In this document: in pieces, positions 47,229-55,529 of the stretch
How the letters are laid out: each line of letters begins with the position of its first letter
Position numbering within the stretch: position 1 is the first letter of the stretch
Assembly: GCA_029267355.1 (NCBI GenBank)
Contig: JAJUJA010000004.1
Span: 1,404 to 65,403, forward strand
DNA from: Elusimicrobiota bacterium
GTDB taxonomy: Bacteria > Elusimicrobiota > Elusimicrobia > Elusimicrobiales > UBA9959
Direction: 5' to 3'
Length of the DNA: 64,000 bases
The notes under the pieces: model-generated
Told to the model about the DNA's origin: nothing
The model's database searches: none
Seen by the model: the letters and a program-made list of their open reading frames with translations, nothing else
Made by a program: the position numbers and the translations under genes

Positions 47229-47903
47229 ATGAAAATACTCATAATTGAAGACGAAAAAAAAATAGCGAGTTTTATAAAGCGGGGGCTGACCGAGGAAAAT
47301 CATATGGCCTCTGTCGCTAATAGGGGAGACGAGGGGCTGCAAATGGCGGCTGAAAATAATTATGACCTTGTAATTTTGGATTTGATGCTGCCGGGAATGG
47401 ACGGGATATCGGTTTGCAGAGAGCTCAGAAAAAATAATTTCCAAAAGCCGATACTTATGCTTACAGCCAAAGACAGGGTTGAAGACAAGGTCAAAGGCCT
47501 GGACAGCGGCGCCGATGACTATCTGACCAAGCCTTTTGCCTTTGAGGAATTGCTGGCGCGCATAAGAGCATTATCAAGAAAAAATATGAATTCCGAAGGC
47601 TCCGTTTTGAAAGCAGGGGAGCTTGAAATGGATCTTCTTTCTCATAAAGCGCGGTTTTTTGGAAAAGAGCTGGAGCTGACAACCAAAGAGTTTGCGCTGC
47701 TGGAGTATCTTATGCGGAATGCCGGCAAAGTGGTAACAAGGACAATGATATCTGAGAATGTCTGGGACATAAATTTTGACACAGACACCAATGTTATAGA
47801 CGTATTTATAAACCACCTGCGGAAAAAAATTGATCCTGAAAATCCTCTCAGAATAATAAAAACCGTGCGCGGAAAAGGCTATGTTCTTGAAAACGGCCGT
47901 TAA
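47229..47903 (+). CDS. OmpR/PhoB-family response regulator (CusR/heavy-metal type)
   Basis: ILIIEDE.., DLVILDLMLPGMDG, TAKD, KPF and a winged-helix C-terminal domain (..VRGKGYVL). Confidence 0.9.
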   Translation: MKILIIEDEKKIASFIKRGLTEENHMASVANRGDEGLQMAAENNYDLVILDLMLPGMDGISVCRELRKNNFQKPILMLTAKDRVEDKVKGLDSGADDYLTKPFAFEELLARIRALSRKNMNSEGSVLKAGELEMDLLSHKARFFGKELELTTKEFALLEYLMRNAGKVVTRTMISENVWDINFDTDTNVIDVFINHLRKKIDPENPLRIIKTVRGKGYVLENGR

Positions 47904-49359
47904 CTCGGTCAGATTTAAGATAACCCTGTGGTACAGCTTTACCTTATTGATCGCCCTTTCAGTTTTCAGTTTTTTCCTTTATAATCAGCAAAAGAAGGCG
48001 CTTGATGAATACTCTGACGAGGTTATAGCCGTAAAGGGAGAGGATACCGCAGATGCGATAGAAACCTATCTCAAAACCAGAAGCGGAGAAGGGAATAAAA
48101 AAAAATCAGGCTTTTTGGACCGCAAATTCTTTGAGTCAATAGTGAACAATCATATGCAGGACCCAGGGCTTGTCTCCATATCCATAAGGATAGCAGACAT
48201 ACACGGAGATATAATCGCAAATTCTGCCAATATGATGCAAATACACGGCATCTCCCGTGAAGCTCTGGCCGAATCAATGAGCGGAAACGCTTATTACGAA
48301 ACCTTGCAATTGAATTCCGGCAATGACAAGATCGTTTATTACCGCTCATATACAACTCCTGTTCAAATTGAGGGCAAGGCCGCATATATAGTTCAGGTTT
48401 TAAAGCCTCTGCATAATAATCGGCTGGCGATGAAAGCTCTTCTTGAAAACATTCTTATATTCATACCGATAACTATTATGCTTACAGGATTTCTTGGAAT
48501 GAGCATGGCCGGTCTGTCTTTGAAGCCGGTAAATGACATAATAAGGACAACAAGACAAATAAATGCCGAGAACCTGCATTTAAGGATACCGGCGCCAAAC
48601 ACCAGGGATGAAATAAGAGAACTGGCAGACCTCTTCAATGAAATGCTTTCACGCATTGAAAGCGCTTTTCTTTCTCAAAGGCGCTTTATACAGGATGTCT
48701 CTCATGAACTCAAGACTCCGCTGACAATAGTCAAGGGCGAGATTGAAGTTGCACTTAAAAAGACAAGGACAGAACAGGAATATAATGAAGTGCTCAAAAG
48801 CAATCTTGAAGAAATAAACCGTATAAGCAGGCTTGTGGAAAATCTTCTTACTTTAGCCAAGCTGGAAAGCAGCGGAAATGAAGGGCCAAGCCCTGAGATA
48901 AATCCTAACGATGCCCTGATTCAGGCGGCCGGGAAAATAAAAAAACTGGCTGAAGCAAAAAACATAAAGGTTGAGCTTGACCTCTCTCCAGAAAAGCTTC
49001 AGGTCAAGGCAAATGAAATGCAAATTATAAGCGCTTTTTTCAATGTCATGGAAAATGCAGTGAAGTATTCTCCTGAAGGGACTTGCATAAGAATAAAAAC
49101 ATTTCCTTCAAACGGCGGGTTTATGGTTGATATAACAGATGAGGGACCCGGGATAGAGCCGGAAAGCCTGCCGCATATCTTTGAAAGATTTTACCGGGCT
49201 GACGCCTCACGCAGCAGCGAAGGATTCGGACTAGGGCTTTCCATAGCAAAGTCTGCCCTTGAAAATTGCGGCGCCTCAATAAAAGCGGAAAATGCGCCGG
49301 GCAAGGGCGCTAAATTCTTAATCATATTCCCTCAGCCGCAAGCCCAAATCAAAAATTAA
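47881..49359 (+). CDS. Sensor histidine kinase (two TM, HAMP, HisKA, HATPase_c)
   Basis: H-box SHELKTPLT, N-box NAVKYSP, and G-boxes DEGPGI and GFGLGLSI. Overlaps the regulator gene by 23 nt. Confidence 0.9.
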   Translation: MFLKTAVNSVRFKITLWYSFTLLIALSVFSFFLYNQQKKALDEYSDEVIAVKGEDTADAIETYLKTRSGEGNKKKSGFLDRKFFESIVNNHMQDPGLVSISIRIADIHGDIIANSANMMQIHGISREALAESMSGNAYYETLQLNSGNDKIVYYRSYTTPVQIEGKAAYIVQVLKPLHNNRLAMKALLENILIFIPITIMLTGFLGMSMAGLSLKPVNDIIRTTRQINAENLHLRIPAPNTRDEIRELADLFNEMLSRIESAFLSQRRFIQDVSHELKTPLTIVKGEIEVALKKTRTEQEYNEVLKSNLEEINRISRLVENLLTLAKLESSGNEGPSPEINPNDALIQAAGKIKKLAEAKNIKVELDLSPEKLQVKANEMQIISAFFNVMENAVKYSPEGTCIRIKTFPSNGGFMVDITDEGPGIEPESLPHIFERFYRADASRSSEGFGLGLSIAKSALENCGASIKAENAPGKGAKFLIIFPQPQAQIKN

Positions 49360-49409
49360 TTTTTTTTAATCTCTTTTTAATCCTGCTTTAACCATCCTTG
49401 TGCTATCCT
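49356..49409 (+). promoter_or_regulatory. Phased TTAAY direct repeats (TTTTAATC / TTTTAATC / CTTTAACC at 11-bp spacing) plus a TGnTATCCT -10-like element upstream of the small secreted-protein gene
   Basis: Read directly. TTAAT occurs at 49356, 49366 and 49377, and TTAAC at 49388. TGCTATCCT is at 49401-49409. The geometry is typical of OmpR-family binding sites. Confidence 0.45.
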
Positions 49410-49454
49410 GTTATCAGACCTTAAGAGGTTTAATGAAACAAGGAGGAAATTCAA

Positions 49455-49868
49455 ATGAAAAAGACTGTTATATCCATAGCGGCTCTCGCAGCCATATCGG
49501 CTGTGAGCTTTGCCCAGACCAATCCGGCCCCTGCGCAGACTGCGCAAACACAGCAGGTATCGCCCGCCGCAAAAACAGCGGCTGTAAGCAAGGAAGCTAA
49601 AAAGGCTGAAGTTATTTTCGGAGACATCTCAGCCGTCAATACTGAGAAAAACGAAATAACTTTGAAAGTAAAGAAGGATAAAACTGACAAGACATTCTCC
49701 GTTGAGCAGAAAGAGATGGCCAAGCTTAAAGTCGGCGAAGAAGTCAAAATAAAACTTATAGACGGCAAAGTAGAGTCAATAAAACCAGTAATGAAGCATG
49801 AAGTAAAGAATAAAAAGCACGAGAATAAGACGGAAGCAAAGCAGGAAAAACCGGCTGAAAATAAGTAA
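49455..49868 (+). CDS. Small secreted Lys-rich protein, possibly a single OB/beta-barrel domain
   Basis: AGGAGG SD and signal peptide MKKTVISIAALAAISAVSFA. The core GDISAVNTEKNEITLKVKK..FSVEQKEMAKLKVGEEVKIKLIDGKVESIK resembles the CusF/DUF5666-like layout but lacks the Met/His ligands. Confidence 0.6.
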   Translation: MKKTVISIAALAAISAVSFAQTNPAPAQTAQTQQVSPAAKTAAVSKEAKKAEVIFGDISAVNTEKNEITLKVKKDKTDKTFSVEQKEMAKLKVGEEVKIKLIDGKVESIKPVMKHEVKNKKHENKTEAKQEKPAENK

Positions 49869-49887
49869 TGTCTGCCGGCGAAATTAG

Positions 49888-49919
49888 AAAAGGCCCGCCT
49901 GAAAGCGGGCCTTTTTTTG
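49888..49919. terminator. Bidirectional rho-independent terminator
   Basis: aaaAGGCCCGCctgaaaGCGGGCCTttttttt, between convergent genes. Confidence 0.85.
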
Positions 49920-49949
49920 ATATCGCAGGAATATCCCGCAGATTTTAAC

Positions 49950-51758
49950 CTAAATAAAAGAAACTGAGATCCCCGCCCTGAATGTTCTCGGGTCTGCCGG
50001 GTAATAGCCGTTAAACGAATCGGCGTTCAAAGCGTATCTCTTATCAAATATGTTCAGGATGGAGAAATCCAAAGTTAAATCCCCGCTCTTGAAAGAGACA
50101 TTCATTGATGAAACGCTGTAAGGCGGAATTTTTTTGCCGGTTTTACCCTTTGAAGTCCATTTTTCAGCTTCTGTTTTATTCAGGAATTCCGCGAAAAATC
50201 CGTTTCTTCTGAAAGAAACGGCCGCGACATTGGCAAAGTTTGAGAGATAGGGCAATTCAGAATAGGCGTCGCCGGCGCTTTTACCCATAGCTTTGCTCAA
50301 AGACAATGATTCCCTGAAAGACCAATGCCTGAAAAAAAAGGAAAAGCCGGTTTCAATTCCTCTGTTAAAAGCGCTGTCTATATTGTACGCAGCCCAGTTC
50401 CTGGCCGGGTCCAGAGCTATTCTGTCTTTTATATCGCTGTAATAAAGAGAGGTCCAATGCTCAAATCCCGAAGAAGCTTTGCGGCTTATGGATATCTCGC
50501 CCTGAATTGACCTTTCCGGCTTAAGATTTTCATTCGGCGCCCACGGATTGTATAAATCCGCAAATGTCGGGGCCTGCCAGGCCCTTACTGCTTTGGCTGA
50601 AAATGTCCATTTACCGCGGGGCGTCCATATCAGCGAAATGCCGGGAGAAAACTGGTCCTTGTATTTTTTATTGTCGTCAAAACGGGCAGATGGAGTTAAG
50701 GAAACGCTTTCAGATAAATTAACCTTAAAAAACCCGCTGGCGGCATTGGCTGAAAGTTTTCTGTCGCCGTAAAATGAAGAGATAAGCCGCCGTCTGTCTG
50801 ACTGAACGGCAATACCTGAACTATCGGAATTGAATCCCGCTTCCCATAAACCGCCGAGTATGGCGGTTCTATTTTCATCCATCGATGACAGATAGCTGTT
50901 ATATTGCCTGGCAAGCGTATTTAAGGAGCTGCCGGACAGACGCATGAAAAAAGCGCCTTCTCCGGCTTTTTTCTCAATTTTTAAAGCGCCCCAAAGCAAA
51001 TCATCTTTTTGAGAGTTCCATGGAGTATTGGCTTTCTTTTCTTTTTCACCGTCCCACAAGCTTATATCAAAAGGCGTGCCTCCGGGCAGGCCTCTGTCAA
51101 GGCCTGAGGCAAAACCAAGAAAGCTTAACTTAATGTCATGGCCGGCGTCTCTTGCAAAGCTTAATGAAGCCTCTTTTTTCTCATAAGATGAGTTTTCCTG
51201 AAAACCGTTTCCTTTTGTATAGGCCGCAGAGTTTATCATGGAAAAATCTTTTTTGTTAAGGCCGTTTTTCATGGAAAATGAATTTTCCCCAAAAGAGCTG
51301 AGCGAATAATCAAAGCTTGCGAAATCCCTTGAATAAAAATGAGGCAGACTGTAAAAAGAAATTGCGCCGCCTTCAGCATTGGCGCCGTAAACAGGCGAAA
51401 GCCCGCCCTTTATCAAATCGGCTTTTCTAAATATGGAAAAAGGCAAGAGAGATAAATCATTGGTGCCGGTCACATCCCTGGGCAGTTCAATGCCGTCTAT
51501 TAGAACGGCTGTCTGTTTGGAATAAAAGCCGCGCATAGACGGCAGTTCAGCCGACATGGCGCCGCCGCTTTTGCGCAAACTCAGAGAAGCCGATTGTATC
51601 GTCTCTGAAAAAAGGGCATTGTCAATTTCAAAGCTTTCAACCAAAGCCGCGCCCGGCAAGGCGTTTTTAGGCTTATTTTCCATTGTTAGAAAAACATCTG
51701 CGGCCTGAACTGCGCTGCAGAGAAAAAATACTGAGGTATGGATTATGAAGGTTTTCAC
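49950..51758 (-). CDS. btuB: TonB-dependent outer-membrane receptor, cobalamin-type by riboswitch context
   Basis: Plug-domain pattern (..SMRGFYSKQTAVLIDGIEL..) and a beta-barrel with a C-terminal aromatic residue. The start is trimmed to GTG 51758 (GAGAGGAGAACCC-GTG, VKTFIIHTSVFFLCSAVQA signal peptide). Confidence 0.8.
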   Translation of the reverse strand: MKTFIIHTSVFFLCSAVQAADVFLTMENKPKNALPGAALVESFEIDNALFSETIQSASLSLRKSGGAMSAELPSMRGFYSKQTAVLIDGIELPRDVTGTNDLSLLPFSIFRKADLIKGGLSPVYGANAEGGAISFYSLPHFYSRDFASFDYSLSSFGENSFSMKNGLNKKDFSMINSAAYTKGNGFQENSSYEKKEASLSFARDAGHDIKLSFLGFASGLDRGLPGGTPFDISLWDGEKEKKANTPWNSQKDDLLWGALKIEKKAGEGAFFMRLSGSSLNTLARQYNSYLSSMDENRTAILGGLWEAGFNSDSSGIAVQSDRRRLISSFYGDRKLSANAASGFFKVNLSESVSLTPSARFDDNKKYKDQFSPGISLIWTPRGKWTFSAKAVRAWQAPTFADLYNPWAPNENLKPERSIQGEISISRKASSGFEHWTSLYYSDIKDRIALDPARNWAAYNIDSAFNRGIETGFSFFFRHWSFRESLSLSKAMGKSAGDAYSELPYLSNFANVAAVSFRRNGFFAEFLNKTEAEKWTSKGKTGKKIPPYSVSSMNVSFKSGDLTLDFSILNIFDKRYALNADSFNGYYPADPRTFRAGISVSFI

Positions 51759-51761
51759 GGG

Positions 51762-51896
51762 TTCTCCTCTCGAGAAAATGAACCCCAAGGGAAAACCGCG
51801 CCTCCCTCGAGGAACAATCTAAAGGTAGACCGGGCTTAGGAACTTCCATCACCGTTGCGGGGCAGCGTCCGATTTTCACGGACTTCCTTCCTTAAG
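51762..51896 (-). promoter_or_regulatory. Cobalamin (B12) riboswitch with an SD-sequestering expression platform
   Basis: The minus strand reads CUUAAGGAAGGAAGUCCGUGAAAAUCGGACGCUGCCCCGCAACGGUGAUGGAAGUUCCUAAGCCCGGUCUACCUUUAG. This matches the conserved GGAAG.CGGUGAAAAUCCG.CGC.G.CCCGC.AC.GU core and a B12-box-like AGCCCGG..ACC. Downstream, UUCCUCGAG can pair with CUCGAGAGGAG (the SD). Confidence 0.8.
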
Positions 51897-51937
51897 ATCA
51901 GATAGATTTTATTTATTTTTGATAAAATTTACAAATA

Positions 51938-52759
51938 ATGAGCCAAGATATCCTGGCAAGGAACATACTCCTTCTCAATTCCCTTGAAAAACTGTCAAAA
52001 GAACTTCCTGAAAATTGCAGTTTTATAGTTTTAAAAGGCGCCTGGCTTCTGCTTTCGCAAATAGCAGATCCTTCAAAAAGACAAATGTCAGACCTTGATA
52101 TTCTCATAAGGCGCGAACAAAAAAACTGGTTTTATTCGGCGCTTTCAAAATGCGGATTTCAAAAAATGCCTTCAAGCGAAAGCGCCTGGTTTAGGGAAAA
52201 TCACAAAGGCCCGCCTTCAATAATAGATTTACACTTTTCTATCAGAGCAATTGACAGCAGCGCTTTTTGGAATATTGCCGAAAAAATATCCGGCAAGGCA
52301 ATGGGGCTTCCGGCTGAATATAATTTCATACATATAATACACCATGCCCTGCTTCATCATGGTAATTTAAGTTTTAAGGAAATTTCAGATCTTGAAGGAA
52401 TTTGCCTCTCTGAATTTAAAAAAAACCGTCTGGCTGAATTTGCGCATAAGGTCTCAAATTTGGCGCGCAGAAATAAAACCGCTTTTCTGTTATATCATGC
52501 GGCAAAAAAAATCTGGGGGATAGAGCCGCCAAAACAGCATTTTTCGGCAGGAGAAAGAGTTTTTTACAGATTTTTTGAATTCACACTTTCAAAAGAAAGG
52601 AAAATAAACGAATATATTCTGGAATTATTCTACTGTCCGGAAATTTTTATCCGCAGATTTTTTCCGCCGAAAGCGCTGCTTATTGAGAATCACGGCAAGG
52701 TCTGGCCGTTGAATTATATTAAGTATTTGAAAGAAAAAATCTTGAATATCGCCGGATAA
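51938..52759 (+). CDS. Uncharacterised nucleotidyltransferase family protein (NTP_transf_5-like)
   Basis: The VLKGAWLL..RQMSDLDILIR..IIDLHFSI pattern is as I recall for this family. Confidence 0.6.
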   Translation: MSQDILARNILLLNSLEKLSKELPENCSFIVLKGAWLLLSQIADPSKRQMSDLDILIRREQKNWFYSALSKCGFQKMPSSESAWFRENHKGPPSIIDLHFSIRAIDSSAFWNIAEKISGKAMGLPAEYNFIHIIHHALLHHGNLSFKEISDLEGICLSEFKKNRLAEFAHKVSNLARRNKTAFLLYHAAKKIWGIEPPKQHFSAGERVFYRFFEFTLSKERKINEYILELFYCPEIFIRRFFPPKALLIENHGKVWPLNYIKYLKEKILNIAG

Positions 52760-52771
52760 AAAATTGACCGA

Positions 52772-53140
52772 TTATTTTTTCACGGCCATATAGAGCCTTA
52801 TCATATTGTCCAGTTTGTCCATCTGAGCCGGCCTTATGATAAAGTCAAAAGCGCCTTCCTTAACCGCTCTTTCCGCTATATCCGCGTTTTCAAGAGAGCT
52901 TATTATAATAACGCAGCAGTCTTTATTTTTGGACTTTGCCAGATGCGTTATTTCAAGGCAGGAAATTCCCTTAAGCGAGACTTCGCAAATTACAAGGTCA
53001 AAAAAAGAATTTTGCAGCAGCTCGCGCGCCGTTTTTGCATTGTCGGCGAAAGCGCTTTCAGAGAGAGAAAGACTTTTAAGAGTGTTTCTTACCCTTTGCG
53101 CGACATGCGCCATATCCTCTATAAGAAGTATCTTAAGCAT
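52772..53140 (-). CDS. Stand-alone atypical receiver (REC) domain, with the phospho-acceptor Asp replaced by Glu
   Basis: MLKILLIEDM.. and FDLVICEVSLKGISCLE (canonical D is E here). IIISS and DFIIRP (canonical K is R here). The start is at ATG 53140, 1 nt after the HD-GYP stop. Confidence 0.75.
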   Translation of the reverse strand: MLKILLIEDMAHVAQRVRNTLKSLSLSESAFADNAKTARELLQNSFFDLVICEVSLKGISCLEITHLAKSKNKDCCVIIISSLENADIAERAVKEGAFDFIIRPAQMDKLDNMIRLYMAVKK

Positions 53141-53141
53141 T

Positions 53142-54347
53142 TTACCCCCAATCAATCCAGAAATGCTTCATCTCCCAGGCGGAATAAAAAGACGGATTTT
53201 TTTCAAGAAGCTGCGAAAAAGAAATCTCATTCTCAATGCTTGTAAGCGGATATTCGGTCAAATCAAGCAAAAAAGATTTCGTCTCCATAAAATCCGCGTC
53301 CATTACTATTTCAACTACAGGACGCGTCAAATTCTTCTTATTGTTCAAAACGACGCAGGCAATTTCCCCCGTGGAAAGCTTGACCAGAGAATTCGCCGGA
53401 TACATTCCGTTTGAAGACACGAGCGCCTTAAGGGCCCGCGGACTGAACTGGGATTTAAATTCATTCAGGAAAAATCTCATAACAGCCGGCTGTTCATAAG
53501 CTTCACGCCAGTTTCTTTTATGGGAAAGGGCCTCGTAGGCGTCCGCAATGGATAAGATTGAAGCGAGGTCATCCTGATCCTCTTTAAGCCCGGCCGGATA
53601 GCCTGAGCCGTCATATCTTTCATGCGTCTTAATTATAATTCTTGAAAACAGCTGTTTTTTCTCATATTCCAGATCTGTTATTTTATCAAGATATTCAACG
53701 CTTCGCTGAGAATGCTGCCTTACAATATCTTTTTCCTCAAAGGAAAGCTCCCTTTCATTCTTTATTATATCCAGAAAATCAACTATTCCGATATCATGCA
53801 GAAAAGCTGCGCAGCCGAGAGTTATTATCTCGTGTTTAGAATAGTTAAGCGACAGCGCGCAATTCATCGCCGTAATGGCAGTATTTACATTATGAGAATA
53901 AAGATAATTGGCCGGAGTTATAAAGGAGGCAAAACCGGCAAATAAAGGATTGTCTTTAAGCTGAGTATAAATTTTAGAGACTATGTACTCTATCTGATAA
54001 TATATTTCAAAATACGGCGAATAACACCGGGTCATAAGCTCTTTTGATATTTCTATCGCTTTGCCGTAAGTTTCTTTTCCTGAAAGCTCAAGATTCTGCC
54101 TGTTTATTTTTAAATACTCAGTTGCGGAATCAGTACTGGAAAGATTTTTCTCGCTTTTAATTGAAAATTTAACATCTCTTGATGAATTATCCTGCGCCAA
54201 ATCCTGCTTTTGCGGTTCTTTCGGCGAAATATCCTGAGTTTTTAAAGGTTCCGGTAACTGCTGCGGCTTCTGTATTTTTTCCTCCAAAGGCAATGCAATT
54301 TCCTTCTTATCGCTGTTTTGAGGTTTCTGGAATTTGGAGAACTTCAT
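53142..54347 (-). CDS. HD-GYP domain protein (putative c-di-GMP phosphodiesterase)
   Basis: AAFLHDIGIV (HD) and THERYDGSGYPAGL (GYP). N-terminal low-complexity Pro/Gln/Lys region. Confidence 0.85.
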   Translation of the reverse strand: MKFSKFQKPQNSDKKEIALPLEEKIQKPQQLPEPLKTQDISPKEPQKQDLAQDNSSRDVKFSIKSEKNLSSTDSATEYLKINRQNLELSGKETYGKAIEISKELMTRCYSPYFEIYYQIEYIVSKIYTQLKDNPLFAGFASFITPANYLYSHNVNTAITAMNCALSLNYSKHEIITLGCAAFLHDIGIVDFLDIIKNERELSFEEKDIVRQHSQRSVEYLDKITDLEYEKKQLFSRIIIKTHERYDGSGYPAGLKEDQDDLASILSIADAYEALSHKRNWREAYEQPAVMRFFLNEFKSQFSPRALKALVSSNGMYPANSLVKLSTGEIACVVLNNKKNLTRPVVEIVMDADFMETKSFLLDLTEYPLTSIENEISFSQLLEKNPSFYSAWEMKHFWIDWG

Positions 54348-54417
54348 ATTAAAATATTAGCAAAACCTTGTTAAATTTTCTTTTCAAAATAATTTATTTT
54401 TCCTGCCAGCGGGAAGT

Positions 54418-55527
54418 TCAAATCTTTTTTCTGTAAATTCTGTATTTTTTGTAAACAAAGCCCCCCACAGCTTTGATGACCGAGTTTATTTTATCATTAT
54501 CTTCCAGGGTCCAGGATAACTCGCCCCAATCCCAGCCCAGCTCTTTCGCGCATTCTATGGACTTTTTTATCATTAAAAGCTCAAGTCCGCGGTTTCTGTA
54601 TTCGCTTTTCACGCCCAAAGCCAGCATTCTGCCGCTTTTTATTGAGAAAAGCATCTTCCACAGGAAAACCGGCAGATTAAACGGAGTAAAAGAGCCCTTT
54701 AAAGGCCTCAGCGGTATATTAAAATCGGGCAGTATAAGGCAAAAGGCGGCAGGGTCTTCTTTTACGCCGGCAAAGAACAGGTATTGCGGTTTAAGCAAAG
54801 GCTTAAGGTCCTGCGCCATTCTTTCTATCTCCGCCTGGGTCATCGGCACAAACCCCCAGTTTTTCTCCCAGGCCTTATTGTAAATTTCTTTGACCTTCTC
54901 AAGCTCTCTGTCTATGTTTTTAATATCGGCCAAATATACCTTCACCGTCCCGTCGCGCATAGCCCTTTGAGCTATCTTTTCAAACCTCTCGGGCAGGCCG
55001 CCTGAGGTTATAAATTTGAAGGCAAACAGGTCCTTCTCTTTTTCATAACCGGCTTTTTTGGCCAATTCATTATAGTAAGGGAAATTATAAGGCATCATAA
55101 TGACATTGGGCGAATCAAAACCCTCAAGAAGCATGCCCCAGGTTTCATTGCTTGAAGGATTGGCCGGCCCCCTCACAATATCCATGCCTTTTTCCCTTAG
55201 CCAGTCTTCAGCCGCCTTAAAAAGCGCGCCGGCAGCCTGCTCATCGTTTATGCAGTCAAAAAAGCCGAAAAAACCGCATTTTTCATCATGGAAAGAATTA
55301 TGATTGTGATTTATTATCGCAGCTATCCTGCCGGCCATTTTGCCATCGCTTGAATAGGCGGAAAAAAGCTTTCTTTCAGCATGGAACCAGAAAGGATGAG
55401 AAGGCGATAAAAGCTTCATTACATCCTTTTTAAGCTCGCCTGTCCAATATGGACTTTCGGCATAAAGGGCGTAAGGGAAAGCGGCAAAACTTTCCAGGTC
55501 TGTATTCTCTCTTACAATAAATGGCAT
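54418..55527 (-). CDS. Large (~370 aa) GNAT-superfamily acyltransferase-like protein
   Basis: C-terminal GNAT-like core (..MLALGVKSEYRNRGLELLMIKKSIECAKELG..). ATG 55527 lies 2 nt after the stop of the upstream AOS gene. Confidence 0.55.
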   Translation of the reverse strand: MPFIVRENTDLESFAAFPYALYAESPYWTGELKKDVMKLLSPSHPFWFHAERKLFSAYSSDGKMAGRIAAIINHNHNSFHDEKCGFFGFFDCINDEQAAGALFKAAEDWLREKGMDIVRGPANPSSNETWGMLLEGFDSPNVIMMPYNFPYYNELAKKAGYEKEKDLFAFKFITSGGLPERFEKIAQRAMRDGTVKVYLADIKNIDRELEKVKEIYNKAWEKNWGFVPMTQAEIERMAQDLKPLLKPQYLFFAGVKEDPAAFCLILPDFNIPLRPLKGSFTPFNLPVFLWKMLFSIKSGRMLALGVKSEYRNRGLELLMIKKSIECAKELGWDWGELSWTLEDNDKINSVIKAVGGFVYKKYRIYRKKI

Positions 55528-55529
55528 TC

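Noticed and set aside
52836-53414. 192-aa plus-strand ORF. Similar long antisense ORFs lie at 45472-45984, 14272-14733, 6329-6799, 4271-4690, 37082-37546 and 61430-61885.
   Set aside because: All lie wholly antisense to well-supported genes with strong family motifs. Their translations are low-complexity or Ser/Phe/Leu-rich, as expected from the reverse frames of coding DNA.
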